A stretch of 64,000 bases of DNA, from NCBI RefSeq assembly GCF_009914755.1, contig NC_060941.1; one strand, given 5' to 3'. The position numbers and the translations under genes are program-made. Below, piece after piece: positions 1 through 17,300 of this stretch; position 1 is the first letter of the stretch; the number at the start of each line of letters is the position of its first letter. Below the pieces are notes generated by a model. The model did not search any database. It saw only the letters and a list, made by a program, of their open reading frames with translations, and was not told the origin of the DNA. Source of the DNA: the human T2T-CHM13v2.0 reference genome, Homo sapiens.

Positions 1-47
1 AGTCCGGGTGACAAAAGTGAAACTCCGTCTCAAAAAAAAAAAAAAAA
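1..47 (+). mobile_element. Alu 3' end and poly-A (cut by window edge)
   Basis: ccgggtgacaaaagtgaaactccgtctc + A-tract. Confidence 0.9.
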
Positions 48-57
48 TGCTCATTTA

Positions 58-1004
<947 letters not shown>

Positions 1005-1094
1005 AGGACCTTGTCTCTTGAAAGAAAGAAAAAAAGCTTGCTTAAGTAAGATAAATATTCTGTGGGCTTTATTTAGATCATATCAATGATCTTG

Positions 1095-1165
1095 CCCAAT
1101 CCCCTTATTTTACAGAGAAGAAACATGCCCTAGAGGGTTTATTGATTTAAATAAAGGCAGTCCAC
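1095..1165 (-). mobile_element. MIR fragment
   Basis: ttattttacagagaagaaac resembles MIR core reverse strand. Confidence 0.5.
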
Positions 1166-1174
1166 TCAGAGATC

Positions 1175-1400
1175 CTTTGCCTTCAGGGCGTTCATAGTCA
1201 TGTGTGGGGAAAAGGTAGGAAATAGAGGTAGACTATAATGGAGTGGCCTCTAGAATGCAGTTAATGGAGAGGCAGTGGTCTCATCTGGCCTAGCGATCAG
1301 GAAGGACTTCTCTCCAGGGAGGAATTCTCAGCTGAGTCTTGGCAGAGGAATAGGAGTTAGCCAACTGGAATGGTGCCTCTTTGCAAACACCCAGGGACAT
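1175..1400 (-). mobile_element. L2 fragment
   Basis: tgccttcagggcgttcatagtc; aaggacttctct..gctgagtcttg..ataggagttagcc. Confidence 0.55.
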
Positions 1401-2176
1401 GAATGGTTGAAGAACTGCAGGCAGCTGCGGGACAGAACCCAGGTATAGAACCAAAAGGTCACAGGCTGAACCCCAAGGAGACTCTGAGCAATTGGGAGAT
1501 TCTGATATGGCTAAAACTGTAGCCCACGCCCCAAGATGTATTTTCACAGTGGTGAAGGAAAAAGATGAGTTAAGTGTCTGAGAATCTGAGAGCGGGGGCT
1601 TAGCCACGCCTGAGGAAAAGGGTGACATGTCAGGTGGTGAAGTATAGTTTTGGCTTTTGTTTTTTTTCCTACTTGCTCTGAAATCAGCATTCCAAGCTCT
1701 GTCATCAGAACCCCTGAAAGGCTGCCTGATTCCTTCATGGAAATGGCTCCTTCTGCTTTTAAGAGCTCCTGGTGTTCTGAGTGGATGAGTCTTCACATTT
1801 CAAAAATCAGCGTGATTTCCCTTTGGTAACCTTGGCATTCATTGCACCTGATCAGGGAGGTTTTCTTTTTCAGTCCTGATGCCTTAAAAGAGGGAATCCA
1901 GATTGTTTTTCTGTGTTTCATGTGCTTTAGGGAGTTTTCTTTTTTTTTTTTTCTACTCATATTGTTACTCAAACAGGGACCACTAGGTGTGGACAGAAAT
2001 AAAGGTTGTCTTATTTCCTCCCTAGGTCAATTGTTAACTGGCTGTCTCCATGACTTCTCTAAGTGTTGACGTCTCACTATTTTCAGTATTTCCTTGGCAC
2101 TGTGATAGACTTTAGGATCTGGACTCTGCCCCTGCCCCCATGAAGCAGGAAAGAGACAGCCATGGGTGATCAAAGT

Positions 2177-2537
2177 TGATATGGTTTGGCTTTGTGTCCC
2201 CACCCAAATCTCACCTTGAATTGTAATCCCTATAATCCTCACCTGTCAAAGGCAGGAACAGGTAGAGGTAATTGAATCATGGGGATGGTTTTCCCCCATG
2301 CTGTTCTCGAGATATTGAGTCTCATGAGATCTGACGGTTTTATAAGTGTCTGGCATTTCCTCTGCTGGCACTCATTCTCTCTCCTGCCACACTGTGAAGA
2401 GGTGCCTTCCGTTGTGATTGTAAGTTTCCTGAGGCCTTCCCAGCCCTGCAGAGCTGTGAGTCAGTTACACCTCTTTCCCTTATAAATTATGCAGGCTTGG
2501 GTACTCCTTCATAGCAGCGTGAGAATGGACTAATACA
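2177..2537 (+). mobile_element. THE1D solo LTR (ERVL-MaLR)
   Basis: TGATATGGTTTGG...GGACTAATACA termini; perfect TSD AAAGT at 2172-2176 and 2538-2542. Confidence 0.93.
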
Positions 2538-2744
2538 AAAGTCATGACATGGTTAAATATGACATCTTCCAACTGCAACAACAACAACAAAATTACAAAC
2601 AGAACCAGGGGTTTAGCAGGAATCTTATGGCAGGGAGTCAAGAGTTTGATTCCTTTTATTGTTGGGAACACTGATTCTACAAGCAAACAAATCTTGACCT
2701 GCCATTTATTTTTTATTTCTCTTAAATTAAAAAAAGAAGAAATG

Positions 2745-3051
2745 GGCCAGGTATTGTGGCTCATGCCTTTAATCCAGCACTTTGGGAGGCCAAGGAAGGT
2801 GAATCACCTGAGGTCAGGAGTTTGAGACCAGCCTGGCCAACATGGCAAAATTCCGTCTCCACTAAAAAAAAAAAAAAAAAAAAAAAAGCCAGGTGTGGTG
2901 GTGTTTGCCTGTAATCCCAGCTACTCAGGAGCCTGGGGAAGGAGAATCACTTGACCCCAGGGGACAGAGGCTGCAGCGAGCCGAGATTGTGCCACACACT
3001 CTGGCCTGGGTGACACAGCAAGACTCCATCTCAAAAAAAAAAAAAAAAAAA
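2745..3051 (+). mobile_element. AluS
   Basis: full dimer, expanded A linker; TSD agaagaaatgg brackets this and the next Alu together. Confidence 0.95.
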
Positions 3052-5399
<2,348 letters not shown>

Positions 5400-5400
<1 letters not shown>

Positions 5401-5762
5401 CTCGACACCAAATACATGGTATCTTTTCCAATACCACTTCTCAAGTTCTTTGACGCCAACTGCATGGCCAATAATCCAATTCAATTCTGATATGAACTAT
5501 CCAAAGTTAGCCCAGACCCTAGAGGTTAAAGTCTCAGTCCCATAAGACTGCTCCCACTTCAGACACCAGCCATAAATGGAGTGACCAGGATACTCAAATT
5601 TCTTCCCCGCCGACTACAATTTTGGGAGTTCCAATCACCCCTCCCCAGGTTCAATAGTTGAATAGAATGACTCTCAGAACTCAGGAAAACACTATTTCCA
5701 GTTTGTTATAAAATATGCAACTCAGGAATAGCCAAATGGAAGACATGCATTGGGCAAGATAC
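5400..5762. mobile_element. MER21-family LTR fragment (ERVL)
   Basis: cccataagactgctcccacttcagac; cagaactcaggaaaacact; caactcaggaatagccaaatggaaga. Confidence 0.65.
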
Positions 5763-6479
5763 ATGATTAAAAAACTCAGTAAATATTGATTGCATTAATG
5801 ACATAAATGCCACTGCCTAACAACAGAGTATTTCTGAATATTTTAGTTGTGTATGTGTGGTTAATTGGTGGTGGTGGTGTTTCTACAGCATCTAAGGTGA
5901 ATTGCCCCTAGTCATCACCGTCCTATATCTCAGTGTACCTGACTTGTCACAACCTCTTAGAAATGGCTGTCCAGGGGTTCATACAGGTGAGTCTTTCCTG
6001 GAGTCAAACCAGAGCTGACAACTATACATAAATCCTGTGACCTTGACCATTTTAACATTTGGACTAGCTAAATCAGACAATAGATCTTTACCTTCCAAAT
6101 GTTCAGGCCTAAAATGTTAATGTCAACTCCTAAGTGCGTTGTGCATTAGAAAGCTACAAAGAGTTAATTCCAAGAAGCCATTCCTATTAATCTTGGTGTC
6201 TGGATAAAAACTAAATTTGGGACCTCAATTACCTGATCGCGTCCCATGTAGATTTCGCCGGCAGCAATATTGATGAGGGCAGCAATCATTTCTCCCACTT
6301 GGAAACACAATTGCAATCCCATCCTAAGCAATCTGTCCTTCAAGTGCATCTGGAAGTGGGCATTATTTTCTCTTTTGTTTTGTTGTAGAGAGAGTTTTTC
6401 AGTTCCAGAATCTTTAACCCTTTCTGCTCCATAGCACAGCCCTACTTGACTGAAGAAGAGAAATCATACCACTAACATT

Positions 6480-6680
6480 TCAATTCTTTTATAGTTTAGG
6501 AAGCATTTAATGTTATCCTGTCTCAGTGAATCCTGATCATTGCTCAGTAAATACGTTTGGCTATGCTCATTCATCAGAGGCGGGACCTGAGGTTTGAAGA
6601 TGTTAAGTCTCCTGCCTGTGCCATCCAGTTGGTAAGGGGCAGAGAGAGAGTTGGGACTCAAGCTGTGCTAGTTTCTCTGG
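6480..6680 (-). mobile_element. MIR fragment
   Basis: gggacctgaggtttgaagatgttaagtctcctgcc..ggcagag..gggactcaa. Confidence 0.55.
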
Positions 6681-7389
6681 GTTTATAGGCTACAGAGGAT
6701 GTCATTAAATAGGTCCAGGTGTTTTCAAAAGGCCACAGACACAAAAGACCAAAACTTCAGTGGCTTGTGGGGGCGATGAAGGGCAAAGTCTGATTGAAGG
6801 ACTGTGAGGGAGGAGAGAGAAGGATTTTGAAGAGGGGATTGGAATGGGCACTATTGGCAGATGATACAGTGATACTGCCATCAACTGCTGAACATCCCAG
6901 CCTCTCCAGCTGTGGTTTGTGTCACTGACCTTCATTTATTTATAGTTCCCCTACACCAACCCTTGTCAATTATCTCCCTGGTGAATTATTGGTGATGTGT
7001 TTTTGATCCCAAACCACCTGGCGCATATCTGGTCATCTACCTAGACAGTGGGCATGTGGTCAGAGAGCATGAATTCCTCTGAGTAGGTCTCTACGCAAAA
7101 TAAGTCATGGAAGCAAATCCTTATTTAAAAAATAGTCAAGCGGTGGTGGCAAAGGTCATGCACACTGAGAAAGATGAAGAGCCTTCTCCAAGCCATGCTC
7201 CTGTCATTAGGACCAGCTGGTAACTGGTCCTGTATGAAGAAGAGAGAGCAGTAGCTTTGTGAAGAGAGCAGCTTTATGTTACCTTCGCTCTTTCGCATTT
7301 TATCATTGAACAAAGGGAAAGAGAATGAGACCTGATGGAATTCGTCCATTCATCTATTCTTTGCATTTAATCCTGTATTCCTTCACTCA

Positions 7390-8505
<1,116 letters not shown>

Positions 8506-8539
8506 CTACTCCCCACTAACCCATGAGACTTTGCAAGAG

Positions 8540-8940
8540 TGTGTCCAGTAGAAAAGGGCCAATCAATTTTTCACTCCTTCATATTCTATGTCTACTCTTC
8601 TACCATGGTCTCTTGACTTTGGGCTTGACCTTGTAACTTTGTTTTAGCCAATAGTATGTGAAGGTGGCAAGGGCTAGAAATGTGCTTATGCAGCTGGGAA
8701 TATCCCTGTGTGTTTCTGCCTTTTCCCATTAAAAGAACATGCTTTGGGGAGTCCCAGGAAGATGACAGACATCTGGAGCAGACCTGGACCCAACCTGAAG
8801 CCCAGAGTCAAGCTCCGCCAAGCCCAGGTTAAGGTAGTATGCCATTGAGTTCTTTGGTTTTTACTGAGTTTGTTTTTTTCCATTGAAATTTTGGAGAGGC
8901 TTTTTACACAGCATTATTCTTCCAATAGCTGACTAATACA
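8540..8940 (+). mobile_element. MLT1 (G/H-type) MaLR LTR
   Basis: gactttgggcttgacc..ttagccaatagtatgtg; ends acacagcattatt..caatagctgactaataca. Confidence 0.7.
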
Positions 8941-9229
8941 AGCAGGACAATGAGAACTTCTCTAAGAAATGATTGACACAGAAGGCATATGTAGTCTGGA
9001 GAATGGAAGGAAAAAAGGAACCTAAGAAAGGAGAGTAAAATGTGTCACATGACAGAAAGATGAGATTTGTTCCATGAAACCCTAAAGTAGATGTCTGAGA
9101 TCCATGAGCGAATATACAGGGACACAGGTTTAGCCATACCTAGGGAAGAATTTTTTATCAACTAAAAAGTCAGGAAAATGAAATGACTTATCTCAGAGAC
9201 TGTCTTTCACCACCGGCGAGCATAGAAAT

Positions 9230-9435
9230 GATGATTAGTGCCTACTATGTGCCAAGGACTCTCATATTTTTCTTTTATTTTGTGGTAATTCTCACACACA
9301 CACAAATTTTTGAGATAAGAATTATTCTACAGATAAGAGAATTGAGATTCAGAGAAGATAAGAAACTTGCAAAAATCTATATCTAGCCAGTAAATTGCAG
9401 AAGCAGGATTTGAACTGAACCTAGATCTGGCTGGT
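9230..9435 (-). mobile_element. MIR
   Basis: gtgcctactatgtgcca; acagataagagaattgagattcagaga; gcaggatttgaac. Confidence 0.75.
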
Positions 9436-10342
9436 ACTTAGATCCTGCTGATTTAGAAGATGGTTTCCAGGAGATCCAAGTGCTGAATGGAGAGTGATAC
9501 CTAAAGCCTGGGTCCATAAGCCATCCTGTTTTGGGGATAAAGTTTTCACTTGTCTTTGGCAAGTTTTCACTACTGGGGAAAGAGGAGGAGTGGGGAGGGG
9601 AAGGGAGAAAGGTAATGAGTTTTTCATAATGCTGAATTGTTCCATTTAAATGGCTTTCTTTTATTCTGACATTCTATCTTTTCAATTATTCTTTAAAAAA
9701 AATCCAATAATGACATTTAATGATCCAATAATGTTCCTTGTCAGTGTCCCTGGATATTTTAGAATGATATGGGATGTGAAACCTGAAAGTCTAGAAGCCA
9801 CTATCTGGATGACATCCAAGGACTCTTCCAGCCTAAACTTCTGTAACTTTTCTTTCTTAACTCTAAAGGTCAAATTACAGGCTCGAGGGCCTCAGGAATC
9901 AGCCCCGGCCTGCACTTGCCTCGAGGCTGAGGGAGGACTGCAGGGTTGGCTGCCTTTTCCTGGCTGGAAAAGGGGGGGAAAGCCTCCCGGATCGTTCGCT
10001 GCATGAGAGCTGTCTGCCTTTCTCTCAGGTCACCCATTTTGCTGATTCAATGGCAATAGGTCAGCGATGTCTCATCTGTAATGGTCTTTGTCATAACGTT
10101 ATGACAGAAAGGGTGTGGCTTGTCCAGGTGCCCTTTCTGAGATGAGAATGCCTGTTAAGCAGCTAAGCTGAGCTGTGTTTATGCTGATGAGCCCTCGCAG
10201 CAGAAACCTTAACCCCCACCCCTCAACAGAGTCAAAGTGGTCAAAGGTGGTAGGGTGGTGGGGAAGGGGGGGTGGGGTCAGCTCCTTAGCCACAGGTGAA
10301 GCTAACTAGCAGGGACTCCTGGAAGGCTGCAGTCCTGACTGA

Positions 10343-10640
10343 TTTTTTTTTTTTTTTTTTTTAAAGACAGGGCCTCTGCCCAGGTTGGAGTGCAGTGGTG
10401 CAATCACAGTTTACCGCAGCCTTGATCTCGCAGGCTCAGATGATCCTCTTGTCTCAGCCTCCCGAGTAGCTGGGACTACAGGCTTGCACTACCCTGCCTG
10501 GCTAATTTTTGTACTTTGTGTAGACATGGGTTCTTGCTGTGTTGCCCAGGCTAGTCTCATGCTCCTGGGCTCAAACAATCCTCCTGCCTCAGCCTCCCAA
10601 AGTGCTGGGATTACAGGCATGAACCACTATTCCCACCTCC
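10343..10640 (-). mobile_element. AluJ
   Basis: poly-T, diverged dimer, ctcctgggctcaa. Confidence 0.92.
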
Positions 10641-10649
10641 ACCCTACCA

Positions 10650-12170
10650 GTTTTTTAAAACAGCTTCATTGAGATATAATTTACATATCATATAATTCAC
10701 CCATTTAAAGTGTATGATTCAGTGATTTTTAGTATTAATGTATTCACAAATACACGCAACTCTCACCACAGTCAATTTTAGAACATTTTCATCACCTCAA
10801 AAAGAAACCCATACCTTTTAGCTGTCACTTCCCCTCTTGTTCATTCCATACCCTCCTGCCTCTGGCAGCCACGAGTCTAGTGTCTGTCTCTATCAATTTC
10901 CCTATTCTGGACATTTCATATAAATGGAATCATATAATATGTGGCCTTTTGTGACTGGCTTTTTTCACATAGCATGATGGTTTCAGGATTTATCTATGTT
11001 GTAGCATGTCTCAACACTTCATTCCATTTTTTTAGACTTTATTTTGTAGAACAGTTTTAGGTTCACAGCAAAAATGAGCAGAAAGTACAGAGAATTTCCT
11101 CAACCCCACACATGTATAGCCTCCCCCACTGTCAACACTGGCACCAGTGGTACATTTGTTAGAACTGGTGAAACTGTATGGATACCTTGTTATCATTTAA
11201 AGTCCGTAGTTTACATTAGGATTCACTGTTGGTGGACATTCTATAGATGCTGACAAGTGTGTAATGGCATTGGCGGGTATTCACCATTACAGTATTACAC
11301 AGAATAGTTTCACTGCCCTAAAAATCCTCTCTGCTTTGCTATTCGTCCCTCCTCCGAAGTAACTGTTGATATTTTTACTGTCTCCATAGTTTTGCTTTTT
11401 CTGGAATGTCATGTAGTTAGAATCACGCAGTATGTAGGCTTTTCAGATTAGCTTCTTTCACTTAGTAGCGTGTCGATAACATTTCATTGTCTGGATATAC
11501 CACAGTTTCTCTATTCACCTACTGAAGGACATCTTGGTTGCTTCCAAGTTTGGGCAGTTATCAATACGGCTGCTATACTTTATTTCTTTTCTTGGTTGAA
11601 TAATATTCCATGGATATAACATTTTGTTTATCTACTTATAGTTGATGGGCATTTAGGTTGTTTCCACCTTTTGGCTATTGTGAACAGTGCTGTTATGAAC
11701 AAATTGAGCCTGTTTTCAAACAAATATTGTTTTCAGTTCTTTTGGGCATATACCTAGGAGAGCAATTGCTGGGCCATATGGTAACTCTATATTTAACCAT
11801 GAGATGAACTACCAAACTGTTTTGTAAAGCGAGTGTATCATTTCACATTACCACCAGCAGTATATGAAGATTCTGATTTTTCTACATCCTTGTCCAACGT
11901 TTTTATTCTAGCCATCCTAGTGGGTGTGAAGTGGTATCTCACTGTGGTTTTGTTTTGCATTTCCCTGATGACTAATGACACAGAGCATCTTTTCATATGC
12001 TTATTATCCATTTGCATATCATCCTTGGAGAAATGTCTATTCAGATCCTTTGCCCATTTTTTAATTGGGTTATTTGTCTTTTTATTATTGAGTTGTGAGA
12101 GTTTTTTTTTCTTCTATATTCTGGATACAAGTCTCTTATCAGATATATGATTTGCAAATAATGTCTCCCA
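10650..12170 (-). mobile_element. L1MB-type 3' fragment with a nested L1MC piece
   Basis: cagcttcattgagatataatttacata; ggagaaatgtctattcagatcc. Confidence 0.85.
11028..11578 (-). mobile_element. L1MC1-type 3' end nested in L1MB
   Basis: cagttttaggttcacagcaaaaatgagcagaaagtacagaga; host L1 resumes afterwards. Confidence 0.75.
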
Positions 12171-12285
12171 CCATCCACTCTTACACAGTGCTCTCCTCCC
12201 TCTTCCTGCCCCCTGCAAAGCTGGTAACACAGTAGGAGAGTTTTGATTTGTTTTTAAAAACTCATCTACTTCTGGATATATACCC

Positions 12286-12676
12286 TGTATTAGTCCATTC
12301 TCACACTGCTATAAAGAACTACTTGAGACTGGGTAAGTTGTAAAGAAAAGAGGTTTAATTGGCTTATAGTTCAACAGGCTGTACAGGAAGCATGGCTGGG
12401 GAGACCTCAGGAAACTTACAATCATGGCAGAAGGTGAAGGGGAAGCCAGCACATCTTCACATGGCAGCAGGAGAGAGAGAGCAAAGGGGGAAGTCCTATA
12501 TACTTGTTAACCAGTTCTCAAGAGAACTCTGTCGGGAGACAGCACTAGGAGGATGGTGCTAAACCATTAGAAACCACCCCCATGATCCAATCACCTCCCA
12601 CCAGGCCCCACCTCCAACACTCGGGATCACAATTCAATGTGAGACTTGGATGGGGATACAGAGCCAAACCATATCA
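12286..12676 (-). mobile_element. MSTA solo LTR (ERVL-MaLR)
   Basis: tgtattagtcc...ccaaaccatatca; perfect TSD TACCC at 12281-12285 and 12677-12681. Confidence 0.92.
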
Positions 12677-12788
12677 TACCCCAAAGAATTGAAAACAGAG
12701 ACTCAAACATAGAAGATATCTGTATACCAATGTTCATAGCAGCATTATTCACAATAGCCAAAAGGGGAAACAACTCAAATGACCGTTA

Positions 12789-13152
<364 letters not shown>

Positions 13153-13424
13153 ATTTGACACATGCCACAACATAGGTAAACCTTGAGGACTTCATACTAA
13201 GTGAAATAAGCCAGACACAAAGGAGAAATATTGTATGATTCTACTTATATCAAGTACTTAGAGTAGTCAAATTCCTAGAGACAAAGTAGAATGGTGGTTG
13301 TCAGGGGCTGGTGAGGAGGGAAGGGAGAATGGAGAACTGTTTAATGGTTATAGAGTTTCAGTTTCAGAAGGTGGAAAAAGTTCTAGAGCTGGAGGGTGGC
13401 AATAGTCATACGTCAATGTGAATA

Positions 13425-14104
<680 letters not shown>

Positions 14105-14244
14105 CTAAAACGAATGTGGACAGCCGGGCACTGACCTGAGGGCTGCCACCTGCCAAGACTGAGAACAGGTGGTAGAAGTGATGAGAATGCGGAAAAACAA
14201 GAGAGGCACTCTGAGATGGAGGGGCCTGGGGAGGCCATGCAGAT

Positions 14245-14630
14245 TGTTGGAACGAGATCTGGAGTCAGCTTGCCTGAATTTGACTTCTGGTTCTACTATG
14301 TGACCTCAGGCAAGTTACCTTGCCTCTCTGGGCCCCAGCTTCCTCACCTGTAAAAATGGGGGTGGTAATAATTATTTCTTGGGAAGATGTGTGGCTCAGA
14401 GAGAGAGTGTGCCAAGAGATGGCCAATGTCAGGAACGCTGGCCTTGGAGAGAAAGTCCTGGAGGAAGGTTTCTACTCTGCCCCATCCTTGCTGTCTGTCT
14501 GATGTCGGTGGGCAAGATGCTCGATCATGCCAGACTTCAGTTTTCCCATCTGCAAAGTGGAGATAATTATACCAGCCTCTGTTATATGCTCTGAAGTTAT
14601 GGGCTGGATAAGAATACCTTCTGTAAATGG
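14245..14630 (+). mobile_element. MIR fragments (two cores)
   Basis: tgtgacctcaggcaagttacc..cttcctcacctgtaaaaatggg; cagttttcccatctgcaaagtgg. Confidence 0.7.
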
Positions 14631-14719
14631 AACAGCCTTATATAAAAGCAAAATGGAGGTTAAAGAATAAAGATATCCTTGGCATTATAATGAACTGTTA
14701 ACCCAGGGTATTATAGTTA

Positions 14720-14990
14720 ATTAAAAATGATCCTGCATAATATGTAGCCATTAAAACAAATAATTATGCAGACTGTGTAGAAACAACACCATTTATAAGA
14801 GGTAGAATGCTTACAAAATTATATGTACATGAGGATCAGAACTGTGTAGAATTATGTATAATGCAGACAAAGACTAGAAAAGGATCACGAAAAATCTAAT
14901 TGTGCACAGGCATGGCGAAGATGATGGGTGATTTAAACACATTCCTTTAAAGTCATTGTTATATTGTTTTGACAATAATATGATTTAAAA
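14720..14990 (+). mobile_element. Old L1ME 3' end fragment
   Basis: aatatgtagccattaaaa; AT-rich L1 3' UTR-like. Confidence 0.5.
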
Positions 14991-15739
14991 AAATAGATGT
15001 GGCAGGGGGTCATATGGGGACAGCCTGTATTTGAATTCTGGCTTTGTGTGCTGCTGGGAATGAAACCACATTTTTTTGCTGGGTCGTGTGGTAATTCAGG
15101 AGTTTGAATTGCCCCTGCAGAGCCCTGCCCAACCTTCCCTGTCTGTCCTGTTCTCAGTACCACCCGCTCTTCCTCTGCTGATTTCAGGACTGACAGATGT
15201 CAACACGAGATGGACCAAGCATCCGTCCTAGCACCACTGCTGCGGAAGTGGGCCATTTCACATTCTGACAAGTTACTCAGCCTCCTAAGCCTGGATCCTG
15301 TATGTAAAATGAGGAGACCTAGTCCCCGTCCTCACATTCCCAACTCATAGGGTTGGGAAGAGGATAGAATGAAATAGTAGATGTAGAATAACCCAACTCG
15401 CTGGATCCCACCAAACAAATATGGGCATCACTGCTCCTATTTAACTGCAGAGGGAAGAGGGGCTCCACATCAGTGCAGCTAACTGCAACCGAAGCCAGCT
15501 TCCTTCTCATTCCAACCCCTAGCTATATTTGAGAAATCTCCAATTTATTTATTAACATGCTTACATCCCTTCAAGTATAGAACATATGGGATATAACTGT
15601 GCTTTCATTTAAGATGCTTTTTTAAGTCAAATAACAGAGTCCCCTGTTCTTCAATCCCCAGAGCAACCACTTCCCACCTTTTTAGATGTTTTTCTCTGAG
15701 TGTTTTCTGCATGTCTTTAAGTAAATACTGCTTTTTTAA

Positions 15740-16063
<324 letters not shown>

Positions 16064-17039
16064 TAAATGCCTACTCATTGACTTCCTGCTACACTGGAAA
16101 ATGACTTAGCTCACTTACACCCCTCCTCCATCTCCCTTCCTCTCATTCTCCCAACACAGCTATATCACTATTTTGGCTACAATTGTCACCTTCAGAAATA
16201 GGCTTAGACTGCCTCTTGTTCATCTACTAGTATCTCCTGACACCGCCCACCAATGCTTTATAAGAGGCGGCTGGTGCCTCAGCCTTCCTTCCTTCTCTCC
16301 TCCTTCCTTTTCTCTCCAAGCCTCTGTCATATATACTTTTACATTCTACTGACTGAAAGCTTCCTCATTCTGTTTCATAATTCTAATTAAGTCTTCTATG
16401 CTTTGCTTATAGATTGATTGTAAAATCAATAAACAATGCTTACATTATTGAAACCATACTCCTATGGTTCTTTGTCCAGCCGGTATTATATCTGTTTATG
16501 ATTGCTTTCTTGTGATACTTTTCTTTGATCTGGAATTGCAAAATGCTTTTTTTTTTTTCTTGCACTATTTGACTTTATCATGTTCTCAATTTCCCCCTGA
16601 CTTTCCTTCCCAGTGGGCATTCTATTGAGTTTTTTTTGTCCTCCCCAAGGTCTACCTTCTACAGCCCCTGTCCTCCTCCTTCGGTCTGGACAGTTATCAT
16701 TTGGGGACTTCACGCCATGCTTTCCTGGGTTCAGACACAATTTCTGAGACTTAGGTTGCCATCTAGATTTTTCTTTATTTTGCCAGAGCATACCCACTAA
16801 GTGACATCCTACACAGAAGTGTGTGGTAGGTAAAACTTCTGAATCCTTTATGATTAGAAATTTACTTATTCTGCCTTTCTACTTGACTGATAATGGGGCT
16901 GGGCATTGAATCCTCGGTTGTAAATAGAATTCCCTTAAAATTTGAAGGCACTGATCTATTCCCCTCCATATTGATTTTCCTATTGAAAAATCCTGATTCT
17001 TGCTTTACATACTTAGAAGCAAAAAAGAAAAAATATTTG

Positions 17040-17300
17040 GGCTTGGCACAGTGGCTCATGACTGTAATCTCAGCACTTTGGGAGGCTGAGGCGAGTGGAT
17101 TACATGAGGTCAGGAGTTCGAGACCAGTCTGGCGAAACCCTGTCTCTACTAAAAATACAAAAATTAGCCTGGCATGGTGGCGCACACCTGTAATCCCAGC
17201 TACTCAGGAGGCTGAGGCAGGAGAATTCGCTTGAACCTGGGAGGTGGAGATTGTAGTGAGCCGAGATCATGCCACTGCACTCCAGGCTCAAAAAAAAAAA
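17040..17300 (+). mobile_element. AluS with small internal deletions
   Basis: dimer lacking ccaacatg and part of the 3' end. Confidence 0.9.

Noticed and set aside
1290-1796. Longest ORF (168 aa, minus strand)
   Set aside because: No recognisable domain, overlaps L2-derived sequence, no convincing splice or promoter context; length is within chance range.
7209-7231. Hairpin aggaccag-N7-ctggtcct
   Set aside because: An 8-bp stem with a free loop is expected by chance in 64 kb.
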